Source: Camelus dromedarius (taxonomy: Eukaryota). From it: a stretch of 64,000 nt of DNA. Shown one piece after another: positions 29,061-42,169 of this stretch (position 1 is the stretch's first letter; the number at the start of each line of letters is the position of its first letter). The position numbers and the translations under genes were made by a program. Location of the stretch: the NCBI RefSeq assembly GCF_036321535.1, contig NC_087436.1:25112001-25176000 (forward strand), read 5' to 3'. The notes under the pieces are model-generated. The model saw only the letters and a program-made list of their open reading frames with translations. It was not told the DNA's origin and did not search any database.

Positions 29061-29214
29061 AGTTTCAATTATGAACACCATAGATATTAAATATACAGTA
29101 TGGTAACTAAGTGAAATATTCTTATGAATAATATTTTACCAATCTCTTGAAAATTATATGGGCTATTTAGAGGGTTTTTTGAATAGAATTTGGAAACAAA
29201 TCAGTATTGTGTCG

Positions 29215-29330
29215 ACCAACCCATTTTGTAGATGAGGAAAACTGAGACGGAGACAAGATGAATCATTGGGCTCATGTCCTGTTGGTTCTCAGTGTAGAAT
29301 GGGCTGCAAGGGCTATTCTTGATCTGTCAC
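29215..29330 (-). mobile_element. MIR fragment
   Basis: cccattttgtagatgaggaaaactgagac. Confidence 0.65.
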
Positions 29331-32300
29331 ACTCACTATCTAGTGTAGGGACCCTTCTGGCTTGTAAGACTATCATAGCAATAGGTATCAAGTATAAATC
29401 TAGCATTGAAAGTATAGAAAACTTTATGTAATTTTATGTCGAAAATTTGTGAAATATTTCACAGTCACTGTGAAGTAGCTTAAGTAAAATACCTTATGAT
29501 TCTAATAAAAGTTTTGATTCATGGTACAATATTTTATAAATATCAAAGTGATTTATTATTTGAACGTGGTGTACTCCTTCTGTAATTGCACTCACTACTT
29601 CACTTATTGGACACAACATACAATTTATTAATGGATAGAAATTGTGCTTTTGCTTTTGAGTTTCACGCCTGTTAAATGGAGGGAAAGTAAATAGATTGAA
29701 TCTTGGGATGATGCTTCATAATTGTGCGATATTTGGTATAGCTAGGAACCTGAATAATGTAATAATTTTTTTTTTTGTAATTTTGGTGAATATCTTCTTT
29801 GGAGCATGTTGGCCAAAGATGCAGCTTCTTGATACAGGCATCCTTCAAAGCTTACAATTTTAATAAATTGGGCTTTTGTAGAGAACAGCCAAGACTTCAA
29901 ATAAAGTTACAACTTTGTAAGAATCCAATAGAGAGAATGACAGATGTGTTTCTAAGCATACTCTTCAATACAAAGGAAAAAATGAAGAATATTGAGAGGT
30001 CAGGGATTAAGAGGTGGGTTAGAGATTGAAAAGAGATAGAGTAAACCCTAGAATGCTTCAGAAAATAGAGACCTTGAAACAAACAATTAGACATAGGATG
30101 CAATAAGCTTTCCCAGAATTTGTTCCAGAAGTAAGAAATTGCTTGTTTAGGGGCTCAAAGATCACTCTGAAGCAAGGGACATACTGTCAGAGAGGGTATG
30201 AAATTGAGGTGATTGAGAAGTGAGATCAAGGGAGTAGAACTGTATGGGAAGAGAATTGAACTTTAAAGACATGTGGGTCCTTTCTTATGCACATGATTTC
30301 TAATTTCATACAGTTTATACAAAACACAGAATTGTGGATGAGAACATAGATACTGTAAGCTCTATAATTTAAGGGTTCTTTCTCATTGTAGAATGTGGAT
30401 AATAGTTCTACTTACCAAATGGTTAGCACTTTTAGAATTCTTATTATGAACCGGGGACTAAACACTTTACATATATCAACCCATGAGACCTCAAGATAGA
30501 ATTTGAGGTAAATTCTAATGCTCTTGCTATGAGGATTAAATGGACAAATAAATTCCCAGCACTTAAGTGAACATAGCAAACTCTCCAAAAACCAGCAGTT
30601 ATGATCATCTTAATGAGATGGTCTTCAAATTAAAATGAACGTAAGTTTAATCAAGATCTAATTAAGTCATTGTTGTTATTGCCATCACCATTGTCAAGAG
30701 ACTAAATGAATTGTTACAACTGGGATTATTTGTGAATTCAAGACTCATAGTATCTGAAGATCAGTATAAATTATCCTGTTAATGTTGTAACACTTCATAT
30801 TTGTAGGTCACCTCTCTATATTTGTTCCTTATCTTTTGAGAGGTGCCTAGTTTTACTGCACATAGATGTGCCTTGAGAATGGGTTTCTAATGAACACATT
30901 TTTTGTTTTTGGCCACCTAGTTCTGCCCAAAATACAATAAAATCCACCAGGTGTAAAATTTCAGGTTGTGGTTGAGTTTAGTTGATCCTTTAAGAATTTC
31001 CACCCCTTGTCCACAGTAGTTTTCAGTGTCTTTTCTCATGGTGCCAGGGGCTACCAAAAATCTCATCTCTTACTGTAGAGCTTTGCAGAAGTGGTTGGGG
31101 CCCAGGTTCTCGAACATGTTGGAACAAGCACTGTTTCTAAGTGACTGAAAGTTAATGACTTCATCTAAAGCTGAAACTGGCTTTCACATCCCTGACCTAT
31201 GACATAGAGCAATTAGAATTGAGTAAGACTGGTATAATGATTTCTACTATAACATGCATAAGCTGGTACTGTATCAGTGGGAAATGAAGAAAAGGACAAA
31301 AGTCAGTGCCTTCTCAATATTCACCCTGGGGAATGAGGGAAAAGAATTGTCTTTCATATTAGATTTTGTGGCTTTTCAATAAAGTATAATTGTGACCTTA
31401 AAATATTTAGTTTTCTTAGTTTTCAAATATTATATTTGTATATTGCAATTTAGTCAATTAAAACAGTTATTAATCAACAAGTGCAAGATGAAATACACGA
31501 TTAAGTGATTTGCCAGTTAGACACACAACTACTTTCATCAACAAGACTATAATTGGGCGAACATTAGGGTATGTTTTAGGTGTAATTTATTTTTAATAGG
31601 AGAATGATACAAATCTTCAGCTACAAAATATTCTTGGAGATTGTTGGAAGTTATTTATGCAGTATATTTAACTCAAAATGATAGTATTTTCTGTTCTGAT
31701 TAGGTTGCAATATTTTAGACATAATTGTTAAAGGTAATATGCTAAACTGAAGAATATATTGTAAAAGTAGGGAAGTTGAGCTCCAGTAGTTCGCAGAAAG
31801 CTAAAAAAGAAAGAAGTAGGAATTGATTCTGAAAAATATTTGCGAGACTAAAATAATGATTTCAATAAAATGCAGGAATAAAATATAGATTGTGCTTCTA
31901 TAAACTGGTAATCTCCCTGGCTGGGCTCCAAGTAACGTTTTCAAACTTAGCATTTTTTCTTTAGGAAAATGCAATATGCACCTTGATTTGTCAAGACAGT
32001 GAGCCCCTCTAGAATTCTTTGACAACAGTTCAACTCTGACACTGCAAGCGTTTTGTTATCTGACGTTACTCATGCAGATGAATTTTTTTACACACGTGGG
32101 ATATTTTCTCCGTCTTTATTTTAATTTCTTTCTTAGTACAGAGAATCTGTGTTGACTCAAGACTTTTTTTTTCCCCTTCCTCCTTTTGTCTTTAGTTTTG
32201 TCTGGATTCTTTTGAAAGTGGTTCACTGCCAGTGATTTGCTCTAGTACTGAGTCAACTTTATAAATCAGTTTCTACTTGGATCCAAATTCAATCTTAAAT

Positions 32301-32599
32301 GGATACCCTGATTATTCTTATCCCACCATCCCTTTATCAGCAGAAGTGATGACTGCATTGTACAATGATACAGAGGATGTTTTGCTGAAAAGCTGTATTT
32401 GGAGTCTGCACATATTATAAGAAACACTAAAAGAAGGCATTTGTCTTTATTGGAGCTTGTACAGAGTAGAAATACTTGCACATACACTTCAAATACTAAT
32501 TTGTCTCTAAGGATACAGGAAAAGAATGTGGTTTTAGACTTCAAGACTCTGAAAATGATGTCAGATCTTCCACAGTTGAAGAGGCAATGTATCAGAGTG

Positions 32600-32790
32600 C
32601 CAAGAATGTAGGCTTTGGAGAAAAGACATCTCTAAGTTGAAATCACTCCTCATGGGGCTTCCTAACCTTGTGTCAGGTTTCTTAACCTGAGACTCTGTTC
32701 CCTCATCTGTAAAATAGGGATTGTTGTATATACCGCACAGAGTTACTGTGAGCAGTAAATAGGGTAATACATGATGAGCAAAGTCAAACA
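32600..32790 (+). mobile_element. MIR SINE
   Basis: ctctgttccctcatctgtaaaataggga core. Confidence 0.65.
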
Positions 32791-33089
32791 TCAATAGCAG
32801 GAGATGACTGTTAACAGGAAGAGAAACATTTCATTACATTATAATGGGAAGGATTTGGAGCTTTTCCCATTTTAGAAGATATTTCAGTTGTATCTGGTCT
32901 TGTTCTGTGAGACTTGAGAGGTGAAGTGTATAAGGTAGGCATACATGCAAACTATCAGACGGGAAGCCTCATGAACGGTTTCTGACAGCAGAGGAGTAGG
33001 CGAGGTCATCCCGTTCAGATGCTGTTAGAAGTTTTCAGTGAATAACAGGACCCTGGTCTGGTTCTCTCTCAGGAGAAAAACAGTGAAGG

Positions 33090-33575
33090 CATCAGTTAAA
33101 TAAGGGCACCAGAATATTTCTATCTCGGTGGCATTGTTCTGGGCAAAGGAGGTGGAGCAATGAACAAAAGAGACAACATTTCCTGATTTCTTAGAGTTTA
33201 TACATGGGTGGGAAAGAAAAATAATAGGTAAGATAAACAGGCAATGTATAACCTCTAACAGAAAGGGAGTAAGTACTTTGGAGAAAACTCAAGCAGAAAG
33301 TGATAGATAGCACTGTGTGGGATAGAGAACCACGTTATCCAGGGTGGTCAGCGAGGACCGCCTCCTCACTCAAGACTGGAAAGGAGGAAGTTGCTGGGAG
33401 ATTCCTGGGTTTCGCATGTTCCAGACAGAGAAGAGAGTAAATGCCCTGTGCATGAAGGAACTGGCATTCCCCCCGGGCTGGGAAGGCCATACTGGAACAG
33501 ACTGAGGGGGGCAGTAAATGCTGTTAGAAGGACTTTGGGAACTTCCAGGCCATTGTAAGGACTTGTGCTTTCACA
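33090..33575 (-). mobile_element. L2 fragment
   Basis: gtggtcagcgaggacc and aggccattgtaaggacttgtgctttcac motifs. Confidence 0.55.
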
Positions 33576-33769
33576 GAGCATCAGTTAAAAACTAGGGTAG
33601 AAACCAAATGGGACTAACATTTTGGAACAACAATCACTCTGTGTTTCAAGTTCTCAGATATCTGTGAAGGAGATAGGGAAGATGATTTATTTACAACCTT
33701 AAAATGTGTAATTGAAAAGTAAATGACAAGAGGAGTAAAATATATTTATGGAAAGCTTTACCCAATGGC

Positions 33770-33980
33770 TAAGCCCTGTATAGATTTAACATTACATAAT
33801 CTCATTTAATCTTCACAACCAATATAAGAGTTAGTGCATAGCTTATCCCCATTTTATAGATAGGAAAATGAGTTTACAGAGTTTAGGCAACTTGTCTAAG
33901 ATTATAGGGCCAGTGAGTCACATTAAGAAGATCTGATTCTGGATTCTCAGTCCAGACTCTAATATGTCTTCCATTCTAGG
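33770..33980 (-). mobile_element. MIR SINE
   Basis: ctcatttaatcttcacaacc...ccccattttatagataggaaaatgag. Confidence 0.7.
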
Positions 33981-34206
33981 ACATTAGATGAGATTTAAAA
34001 ATTTTATATGTGTGTGTATGTTTGTGTGTGTTTAAAATTTTTTCTTTAAATTCTGTCTTTTTTTAACTGCTAAGCCTAATTATTAGTTTTTAAGAAAATA
34101 CATTGCCTTTTGTATTATTAACCATGGGTGAATGAAGATATCCTCACATTTTCATCTACTGTATTTTGTAACAGGACTGAAGGTCAGCAGTTTTCTGTAA
34201 ATCATG

Positions 34207-34303
34207 TCTTTCTTTCTTCCTTCCTTCCTTCCTCCCTTCCTCCCTCCCTCCCCTCCCCTTCCCTTCCCTTCTCTTCCCTTTCTTCTTTCCTTTTTTTTTT
34301 TTT
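34207..34303. repeat. Pyrimidine low-complexity tract (CCTT/CCCT)n + poly-T
   Basis: Read directly from the sequence. Confidence 0.9.
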
Positions 34304-34604
34304 CATTTTAATGCACAGTTTGGCATCTTAATTATGTCTTTCCAGGAAAATAGCGTATTTTAAAGTAGATTGAAGTAAGTAGATATTCACCTTAAATCTA
34401 AGCCCTCTTCCTCATCTTTGAAATATCTTATGTTCAGGTTCCAGTGACATAGGTAAAGTCCAAAGTGCAGTGATTGTTTTCAAAGCTTGTTCAGTTTTAA
34501 GTTTTAGTAGAAATGTGACCATAATGACCAATCACAGCCTTATGTCAGTGAAGGCATTTCTTAGTTTGTATTTCATACAGAAAGGCTAGTCTTAGCTTGC
34601 TTCC

Positions 34605-35078
34605 TGCAGTAGAATAAATGTTACCCCTCCAATGACATCCGTATCCTAATCTCTGAAACTTGTGAATACGTTATACTGCAAAAAGAATTTTGAAGATGTG
34701 TTTAAGGATCCTAAAATGGGAAGATTATACTGGATTATCTAGATGAGCTCAATATAATCACAAAGGTCCTTCTGAGAAGGAAGCAGGAGATCAGAGAAAA
34801 GAGTAGGAGGTGTGACTACAGACATAAGAATTTGGAGTGATGTGAGGAGAAGCTGTGAGTCAAGGAAAGCAAGTGGCCTCTAGAAGCTGAATAAAGCAAG
34901 GAGATGGATTGTCCCCGAGAGCCTCTAGGAGGGACCAGCCCTGCTGACACCTTGACTTTAGCCCAGTGAGGCTGATCTTGAACTTCCGACCTCTAGAAAT
35001 GTAAGATGATAAATTTGTGTTGCTTTGAGCCATGGCGTCTGTGGTAATTTGCTACAGCAGCAATAGGAAACTAACACT
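34605..35078 (+). mobile_element. MLT1 (ERVL-MaLR) solo LTR
   Basis: cagccctgctgacaccttgactttagcccagtgag ... gtggtaatttgctacagcagcaataggaaactaac. Confidence 0.88.
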
Positions 35079-37998
35079 CACTCTGTTTCCCTTGGATTTC
35101 TGCTCCAGTGTTGTTACAGGTGAGCCTTTCCCTGAACTCCTGCTGAACCACAGCACTCTTCTCAACAACCTGCCACCTCTATTCTAGTCCCCATCCTCTT
35201 CATCTTACATCCTGCTCCCCAGAGTCTCTCCTTAATGAGGGCTTCATCCCAGAAGGCGCATCATTTCGTTAGTTTCAGGAGTCCATTGGGTCCAGATCGC
35301 TCCAGCACAGCCACATCTTCTGTGGTCCCTCTGCCCTCACCCATCAGTTGGAGCAGCAAAGCCCACCTGCAGTTTTGACGGCTCCTTACAGCCAACCCTT
35401 CTAAGCTTTTCAGTGAGCACCTCTTGGCAGTATTTGGCTTCTCCAGCTGACAGTGCCTTCAGAAGTCCCCTCTGCCTTTCCTCTACTTTCTCCTTAACTG
35501 TCACTGACACTTTGGTTCTTCGTACTTTTGGTGGCTGCGGCCACAGACTCAAATTTGGGGATTTGTAAGGATTTTGTTGTAGATTTTGTCCGTGGGTTTT
35601 GGGTCTTTGCCTGCTGCTTATATGGGGGATTCAGGGAGATCCCAAGAATATGCCTTCACTGCTATCTTTTCCTGGAATCTCTTAATATCCTTTGAAAATA
35701 TTCACAATTCTGGGAATGGAGTTTTTTTTTTTGTTCCTTTGTTTTTGTTTTTGTAAATAGATTTTGGAGGAGCACCAGAAAGACAAAAATACATTATTTA
35801 AGGATTTGAAACCAAAATTTTTCATTGACAGTTACTAAATAAACTATTGACCCAGTGTAGATTTATAATATTTTCCTATGACAGACTTCTCTTTAGACGG
35901 GAAGTCAAAGGCATTTTCCATACTCTGTGAGGCACTGTGCTGAGTAATTTGTGTCCATTAGGTCACGTAATCCTCACGGCCTCTTGAGGCTATGTCAGCC
36001 ATGTGTGAGAGATAAAGACCTGGGCTGAGTGTGCTTGGATAGGATGTTTACAGAACTTGGGCCCCTGAGAGGGATGGAGAATCAAGGGCTCACGGAGAGA
36101 TGCAGTCTTGGTTGGGATCTAGTTACAGCTGAAGAGAATATATGGAGAAACTGAGGCAGAAAAGTATTCACTTGAGCTGGGCTCGCATGTTGTGGGTTTG
36201 AAACAGTAGTAATAGGCTGGGCATGTGAGTGACCAGGAGCAATTTCATTCCTGATCCTGGAGAGAAATGGTGACAAGACTTGCTCATCCTAACTCTGAGT
36301 GAATGAGGCTGAAAGCTGGCTACCTGTCCTCAGTAGCACTGAGGCTGGGTAACAGTGGGGAGGTTGCTGTGAAATCAAGATGCCACTGTGCTACAAACAG
36401 AAGGAAAAGTTGTCGGCTTTTAGCAAGGACCAGCAGCCTAACTGAAAAATCTACTGAATTGTTCTGTAATGACTCCAAAAATACGTAGAATAAAAGGCTA
36501 CTCTAGCAGAGTAAGCAAGGGGTGCTTTGAATGCTCCCATGCCAAACAAACAAAAACCCCAAAACAAACAAGCTTCCTACCCGTATCACCAATTGATTTT
36601 AATTAGAAAATTCCCCTTTTGGGCTTATAGCAATCATTCACACTTGAATTGAATTTCTGCAATAAAATTCCTTTTTATATTTGTTTAATGTGAAAGAAGA
36701 GGCATTTTCATTGAAGAAAGGATTATTTTGTGTTATTGGGTATTTGAGTGAAAAGTGGGTTTAGCTGGAGGATTCCAATAGACCAAAAACATAAAAATAT
36801 TCAGCTGAAAGGAGGGAAATGGTTGATTGGAGGATGGAGGCAATAAATTTATCCTAATTTGTTTTACCATTACCATTAGGAAAACCTAAGTGTGCCACTG
36901 AAAATGCTCTCCTTGAGAGACTTTACATGCAGTAGATTGCCTGACCTTCATCTTTTAAAACAGCAAAAATATTTTGATTCTGTCAAACCATAAAAAATGA
37001 TTGACTTCAGTTTCTTCCTCTCTTATATTTAAGATGTGTCAGAGAAATATGAGTTATTATAATTGGATGCTTTTCTCATATGGCGTTCTCAATTAAAATG
37101 ACCATAAAACACTCAGCCACATATATTTTTTAAAAATGACTTTCTTCTGTACTTCTTTCCTCCCACCCTCCCTTCCTCTCTTTCTTTCCTTTTCTTAAAA
37201 TGCAAACTAGTGTTGACTCAGTTTTCTAGGAAATATATGAAACTAATAGGAACAGTCTGAACCCTTACTTCATTGGCATATTGAATCCCCAAACTTCAAA
37301 GCTGTAATTGGTCCAATTTCCTACCATTCTTAAGTAGAAATCTAAGCCACAAAAACATGGTCAAATGCCTAGTTATCACAAATGCACCGATTATTGCTGC
37401 TGGATATTCAACTGCAATGGCTGCATTCTGACTTGATGTTCGTGGAAGGAAAAGGCTTCTTTGCCAAATTAAAAACTCACATTCAACATAGAGCTTGGCA
37501 AATTTAAGTTATTGTCCATCAGGCTGTATCTGAATATGTAATCCCCAAGCATCACGTAACTACCTGCATTACTTCAAAATTTTCAACACGCTCTCTCTGC
37601 GTCAGCTTCACTTATCATCTTCCCTCTCCTTTTCAGGCTTCTCATGAACACCTGTCAAGTCTTGATTTTTCTTTTCCTTTTCTTTTAAGAAGTATTCATT
37701 CTAGATTCATTGATATTTTCTCAGGATGTGATGTATGTTTTTGATCAGCCCTAGCCTGGCTTTCTGGCTTTCCTCCTGGGTTCGTTTACAAGTGTTGTGT
37801 TTGATCAAGACAGGCTTGGACGGGACAGACTGGTAGGCTGCAGTTTGCTCGTTAACTTAGCAGATTGATCAACTCAGAGTTTCAAAGGAAAGCAGAACAA
37901 ATGGACCATGTTGATGTGTGTGGTATGGTTGTCATTTGAGTGGCTGCATTAGCACTTCTCATGTTTCCCTTCCCCACCTTTTCAGCTAGCACCTCTCC

Positions 37999-38000
<2 letters not shown>

Positions 38001-38038
<38 letters not shown>
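38001..38038. repeat. (CA)19 microsatellite
   Basis: Read directly from the sequence. Confidence 0.95.
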
Positions 38039-38042
<4 letters not shown>

Positions 38043-38076
38043 ACTGCACAATCTGTTTGACTTTCAGGGGTCATAA

Positions 38077-38596
38077 TGTAACAGGGAAGAACAAATCTGA
38101 GTCCATATTGGATGTTTCTTTTACTTTAACTTTTGTATTCTATTGCTTTTGCTACAAGTTAATCAGTAAAGGGTTGTTGCCCGTAGCTTAAAGCATACAT
38201 AATGGCCCATCCCCAGGAACCCGGCCTCCCAGACCTGAGCATTAATCTAAAATACCTTTGTTTAGCTCACAGGAAACATCCTGACCAGGCCCACCTGTGA
38301 ATGGCTGTAGGGGGAGGAGAAATTAACGCATCCCCTCGGGAGTCTGGCCAGAACCAGGAAATATTTGCAATAACTCATTACCTTTTTACTTCACCTCCTC
38401 ACCCCCCCCATCTTTGTTCAGTAAAACAAAAAACAAAACAAAACAAAAAACCCACCATCAAAACATGGGCAAGATGGTTCTTTGGAACACTAGTCCACCA
38501 TTTCTTGGTCTGCAGACTACTTCTTGCTCCAACAGCTCATCTCTCAACTTACTGGCCTGTCTTGCGGCAAGCAGTAGGAGCTTAGGCTCAGTAACA
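38077..38596 (+). mobile_element. ERV1-type solo LTR (copy 3, related subfamily, sense to SLC7A11)
   Basis: TGTAACAGGGAAGAACAAATCTGAGTCCATATTGG ... CTCAGTAACA. Both termini are shared with copies 1 and 2 but the middle differs. The TSD is not clean. Confidence 0.8.
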
Positions 38597-38931
38597 GGAA
38601 CTGTGCCTGTATTTCTGAGGTTTCTACTACTGCCTGCCTGTTCACCGAAGTTTAACATTCTTTTTCCTTTGTCCTCAGTGTGTTATGCCACATTTTAGAC
38701 TTTTTATTACTCTTTTAGAGACTGATAGATACACACACACACGCGCGCACACACACATTTATAAACTGAACAAAACTTGTATTTGTTGGAGAGAATTCCA
38801 TTATAACTGCTTCAAGGAAGTACTATTACAATAAGGCACTAGCCAGGACTTTTAGACATACTTATTACAGCATATTTTACCTTTTGATACTATCTTTTTG
38901 AGATTGATTTGTTTTGTTTGCTTTTGCTTTG

Positions 38932-39015
38932 TTTTTTATTTTAATTTAAAATTATTTAATTAAAAATTTTAATTAAATTATTTTAATTAAAAATTTTAAT
39001 TTAAATTATTTAATT
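38932..39015. repeat. 84-bp pure A/T tandem and quasi-palindromic repeat
   Basis: No G or C; ~26-bp unit aaattatttaattaaaaattttaatt. Confidence 0.9.
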
Positions 39016-40559
39016 CAAGATTGTAGCAAGGAGGGAAAAAGAACCTGTTAGTTTAAAAACTAGGAAATAATTCCTTTTTAGTAAATCAAATGCATTCTTG
39101 AGACAAGTATTGTGATGGGCCGTTTGGTTTGTGGAATGATGACTCTTGGTGTAATAGGCTGGGCTAGGAGTGAGGCGAAGGCAAACCAGTTTCTCTGATG
39201 GCAAAACAGGAAGTTTGGGTTTCTCTAGGCAGCCGGAGGATGAGAGAGAAGATGAAAGCAGGTAGGGGAAAACAGATAACTAGCAATTTTCCAACAGTTG
39301 GCATTCTCTCTGGAAGGAGGGCTGCCAGGCAAAAGTCTCCAATGTCAGGAATGGCCAAGAGACTTTAAAACCATATATACCTGATGTTTATTTCAAGTTG
39401 TTCGTGGTGGTTCTCTGATTTGTAAATTCCTCCTTTCCAAATCCCATTGGCCCATAATTTCATGCTAGTCTGCTAGACACATGTAAAGATGCAATTTTGA
39501 GTTGCCATTTGGGTGTATGTGAAAGGGTTGGGCAGTGTCCTTCTGGTGAAGAGGTGAGGAAAATCAAAAGAATGAGCTAGAAACAGAGTAGTGATAGAAA
39601 ATGTAGAAGATACAGCAAAAGTAAAAACTCAATGCCAGTGGTGGCTGACAGAAATACAAGTGTTGCCTTCTTCTCTGTCCAAATCTGTAGCAGAGATGAG
39701 ATGAGAGGTTTGGTCAGCTTTGCTTAAGGGACAAGGTGACCTCAGCTCTATGCAGCAGTCATTGCATCCCGGGGTTGACTGTTGCATTTCAAAGTAATCT
39801 GCATGTAGGAAGGAACTCTGAGTATACAAAAACCATGATGTAAGTGTTTTGTAAGTGATGTTGATAGCCAAAGGATATAAAAAAGGAACACAAGGAGAAA
39901 GTTGAAAAGAAGATGAAAAAAGAAGGAGGAAAAAGGCATGTCAGTGTTCTCCTATGCTTTCAAAACTGATTTTGAACTTTCTGCTGGTGCCCTTCTCTCC
40001 TCCTCCTTTCCTCCTTCTCTTCTTTTTCTTCTTTCTATTCTTTTTTTCTCTTCTTTTAGTCCTTCCTCCTTCCTGCCCTCTGGTTCTCATTTTCTTCCTT
40101 GCAATGAAAGAAAATGGATTGAGAAGTAGGAGTGATATGTTAAGAAAATGGGGAAAAGGTAGCTTTCAATCAGCACTTCCTGTGTTCGCTTTGGTTTTAC
40201 TTATCCGATGCCAGGAAATAACAGTGCACACGTGCTCATGTGAAATTTGCATATTCAGTGGGGTGACAGATACTTGCCTAAATATGGAGATGGAGGCCGA
40301 GAATGAGCTCATTACCAAGAGCAGATCAGGATACAGGAGAGAAAGGGGTAAGTGGCAGGATAAAGCTGAGTCAAGTCCGTAGGGATACAGCATTGGTTTT
40401 CAGAGAAAAGCACTATTGAACAACTGGCGCAAGATAAGGAGGGCTGGTTGGTAGAAACCGGGAATGTCCTGTGCTTTCTCATGAACATCATCCCTGACTT
40501 TCAGACCATCGCCCTGTCATCTAGACTCTCATAGAATTCCTTCTTATCCCTTATTATAA

Positions 40560-40770
40560 TTGTAATCAATTTACTACTGCTCCTTCCCTACTAGACTGTG
40601 AACTTCATGAAGGCAGCAATGGCAAAGTGCTTATTCAGTGCCAAGCACATAACACATTATTGTTATTGTTGTTGTTGTTGTTACTAACTACTAAATATTC
40701 CCACCTAGTATAATGCCTGGCACATAGTAAACAGTCATTAAATGTTTGCTGAAGGAAGGAAAAAATGGAC
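40560..40770 (+). mobile_element. L2 3' end
   Basis: ctagactgtgaacttcatgaaggcag ... tgcctggcacatagtaaacagtcattaaatgtttgctgaa. Confidence 0.7.
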
Positions 40771-41280
40771 AGATGCACAGGGGAAAGGCTTAGATTAAAG
40801 AGGTCAAGGAGTTCGGTTGGATCTTCCAAAGTGGATGTTCTCATCTAAGGACTGTAGACATTCAGCTCTATGACTTCATATATGCTTATATGCTTTCAGA
40901 GGATGTTCAAATGGAAAGAGAATTTGCTTAGCAGAATTAATTCAAATATATACCAAATTATTTGGGAAAAAAACCAATTTTAGGAAAATAAATGTACCTT
41001 TTTTTTAATACACAATTTATTTATAGTTCTTTGGGACACCTGCTAGGGTGAGTTAGCCATCTAATAGAAATTATTTTGGTGAATTCTGGCCCTGAATTTC
41101 ACAGTGAGATTTTCATGTACCTCATGACTTAATTAACTAGGTTTGAATTCACAGTTGACTTGTTTTGTTTAACAGATAAAATGTGTGAATTTGTTTATGT
41201 TAGAGGCAAGAATTCAACCCTCCCTTCCTATCAGTAATGATTTTATTTTATTTGTAACTGTATTTTGGCAAATTCCTCTA

Positions 41281-41408
41281 TTGGTAGGGGGAGGTAATTT
41301 GGTTTATTTATTTATATTTATTTATGTATTTTAATGGAGGGACTGGGGATTGAACCCAGGACCTCATGCATGCTAAGCACGTGCTCTACCACTGAGCTAT
41401 ACCCTCCC
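41281..41408 (-). mobile_element. Camelid tRNA-derived SINE (Vic-1 type)
   Basis: Minus strand reads GGGAGGGTATAGCTCAGTGGTAGAGCACGTGCTTAGCATGCATGAGGTCCTGGGTTCAATCCCCAG, with Pol III A and B boxes and an A-rich tail. Confidence 0.88.
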
Positions 41409-42169
41409 TGGCATCCTTTAATAAGCTCTTTCCTGGTACAAAGTATGAAGTACAGGACCTCTAACAAATTATTCTACTGAATGTTGACATAAATCATATT
41501 GTAGGTATGCTGTTAATAGTGGTGAAGGGTGTATCCTCTTCAGAGATTATTTCCTGCTTCTTAAAAGAACAAAGAGTGGAAATCCAAGTTGAGACTTGCC
41601 TGTACCTATATTGTGATGACTCAGTGTCATGATTGAAATCAAGGCGCATGCTTCTTTGATAGCTTGACTTTTTGAATGGAAATACACCAAGAATCATGTT
41701 TCAATTACATGTATTTTTATCTATATTTATAACTGATATTTATAATTTTCCTTCACTGCTTCTGAATATTTTCTCTGGAGCTCACACATTTTCAAAAAAA
41801 TTGCAGTATGAAAAAAGATTTTAATTACTCTAGGTGTTTTGAAATTACTCATTTATGAATTATTATAGTTTGTTTAGGTTTAATATAACCTCAATCATCT
41901 GTTACAAAGGAGTACTTTCAGGCATTCCCTAATGCCTAATAAAAATTTATATTGCAGAAGGCTAAGTAATCTTCCCAAAATCTCTTTCAAGCCACAATTT
42001 AGGCTTAGTTAACTAAAATAATTACAAGCAAGACTGGACACATCATACCGTTCTAAAGAGTCCAGTGATTCCCTCACTGGGATGTGTTATGAATCCTTAC
42101 TGGAGGTGACGGTACTCACTGCGACTTTAGGTAAAGTTTGACATGTCAGATTACTTGATCTTATAATTC

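Noticed and set aside
39954..40382. 142-aa ORF
   Set aside because: It arises from a pyrimidine-rich low-complexity tract, and I recognise no homology.
41335..41408. Possible tRNA gene
   Set aside because: It has A and B boxes but also an A-rich SINE tail and no proper acceptor stem, so it is a tRNA-derived SINE.
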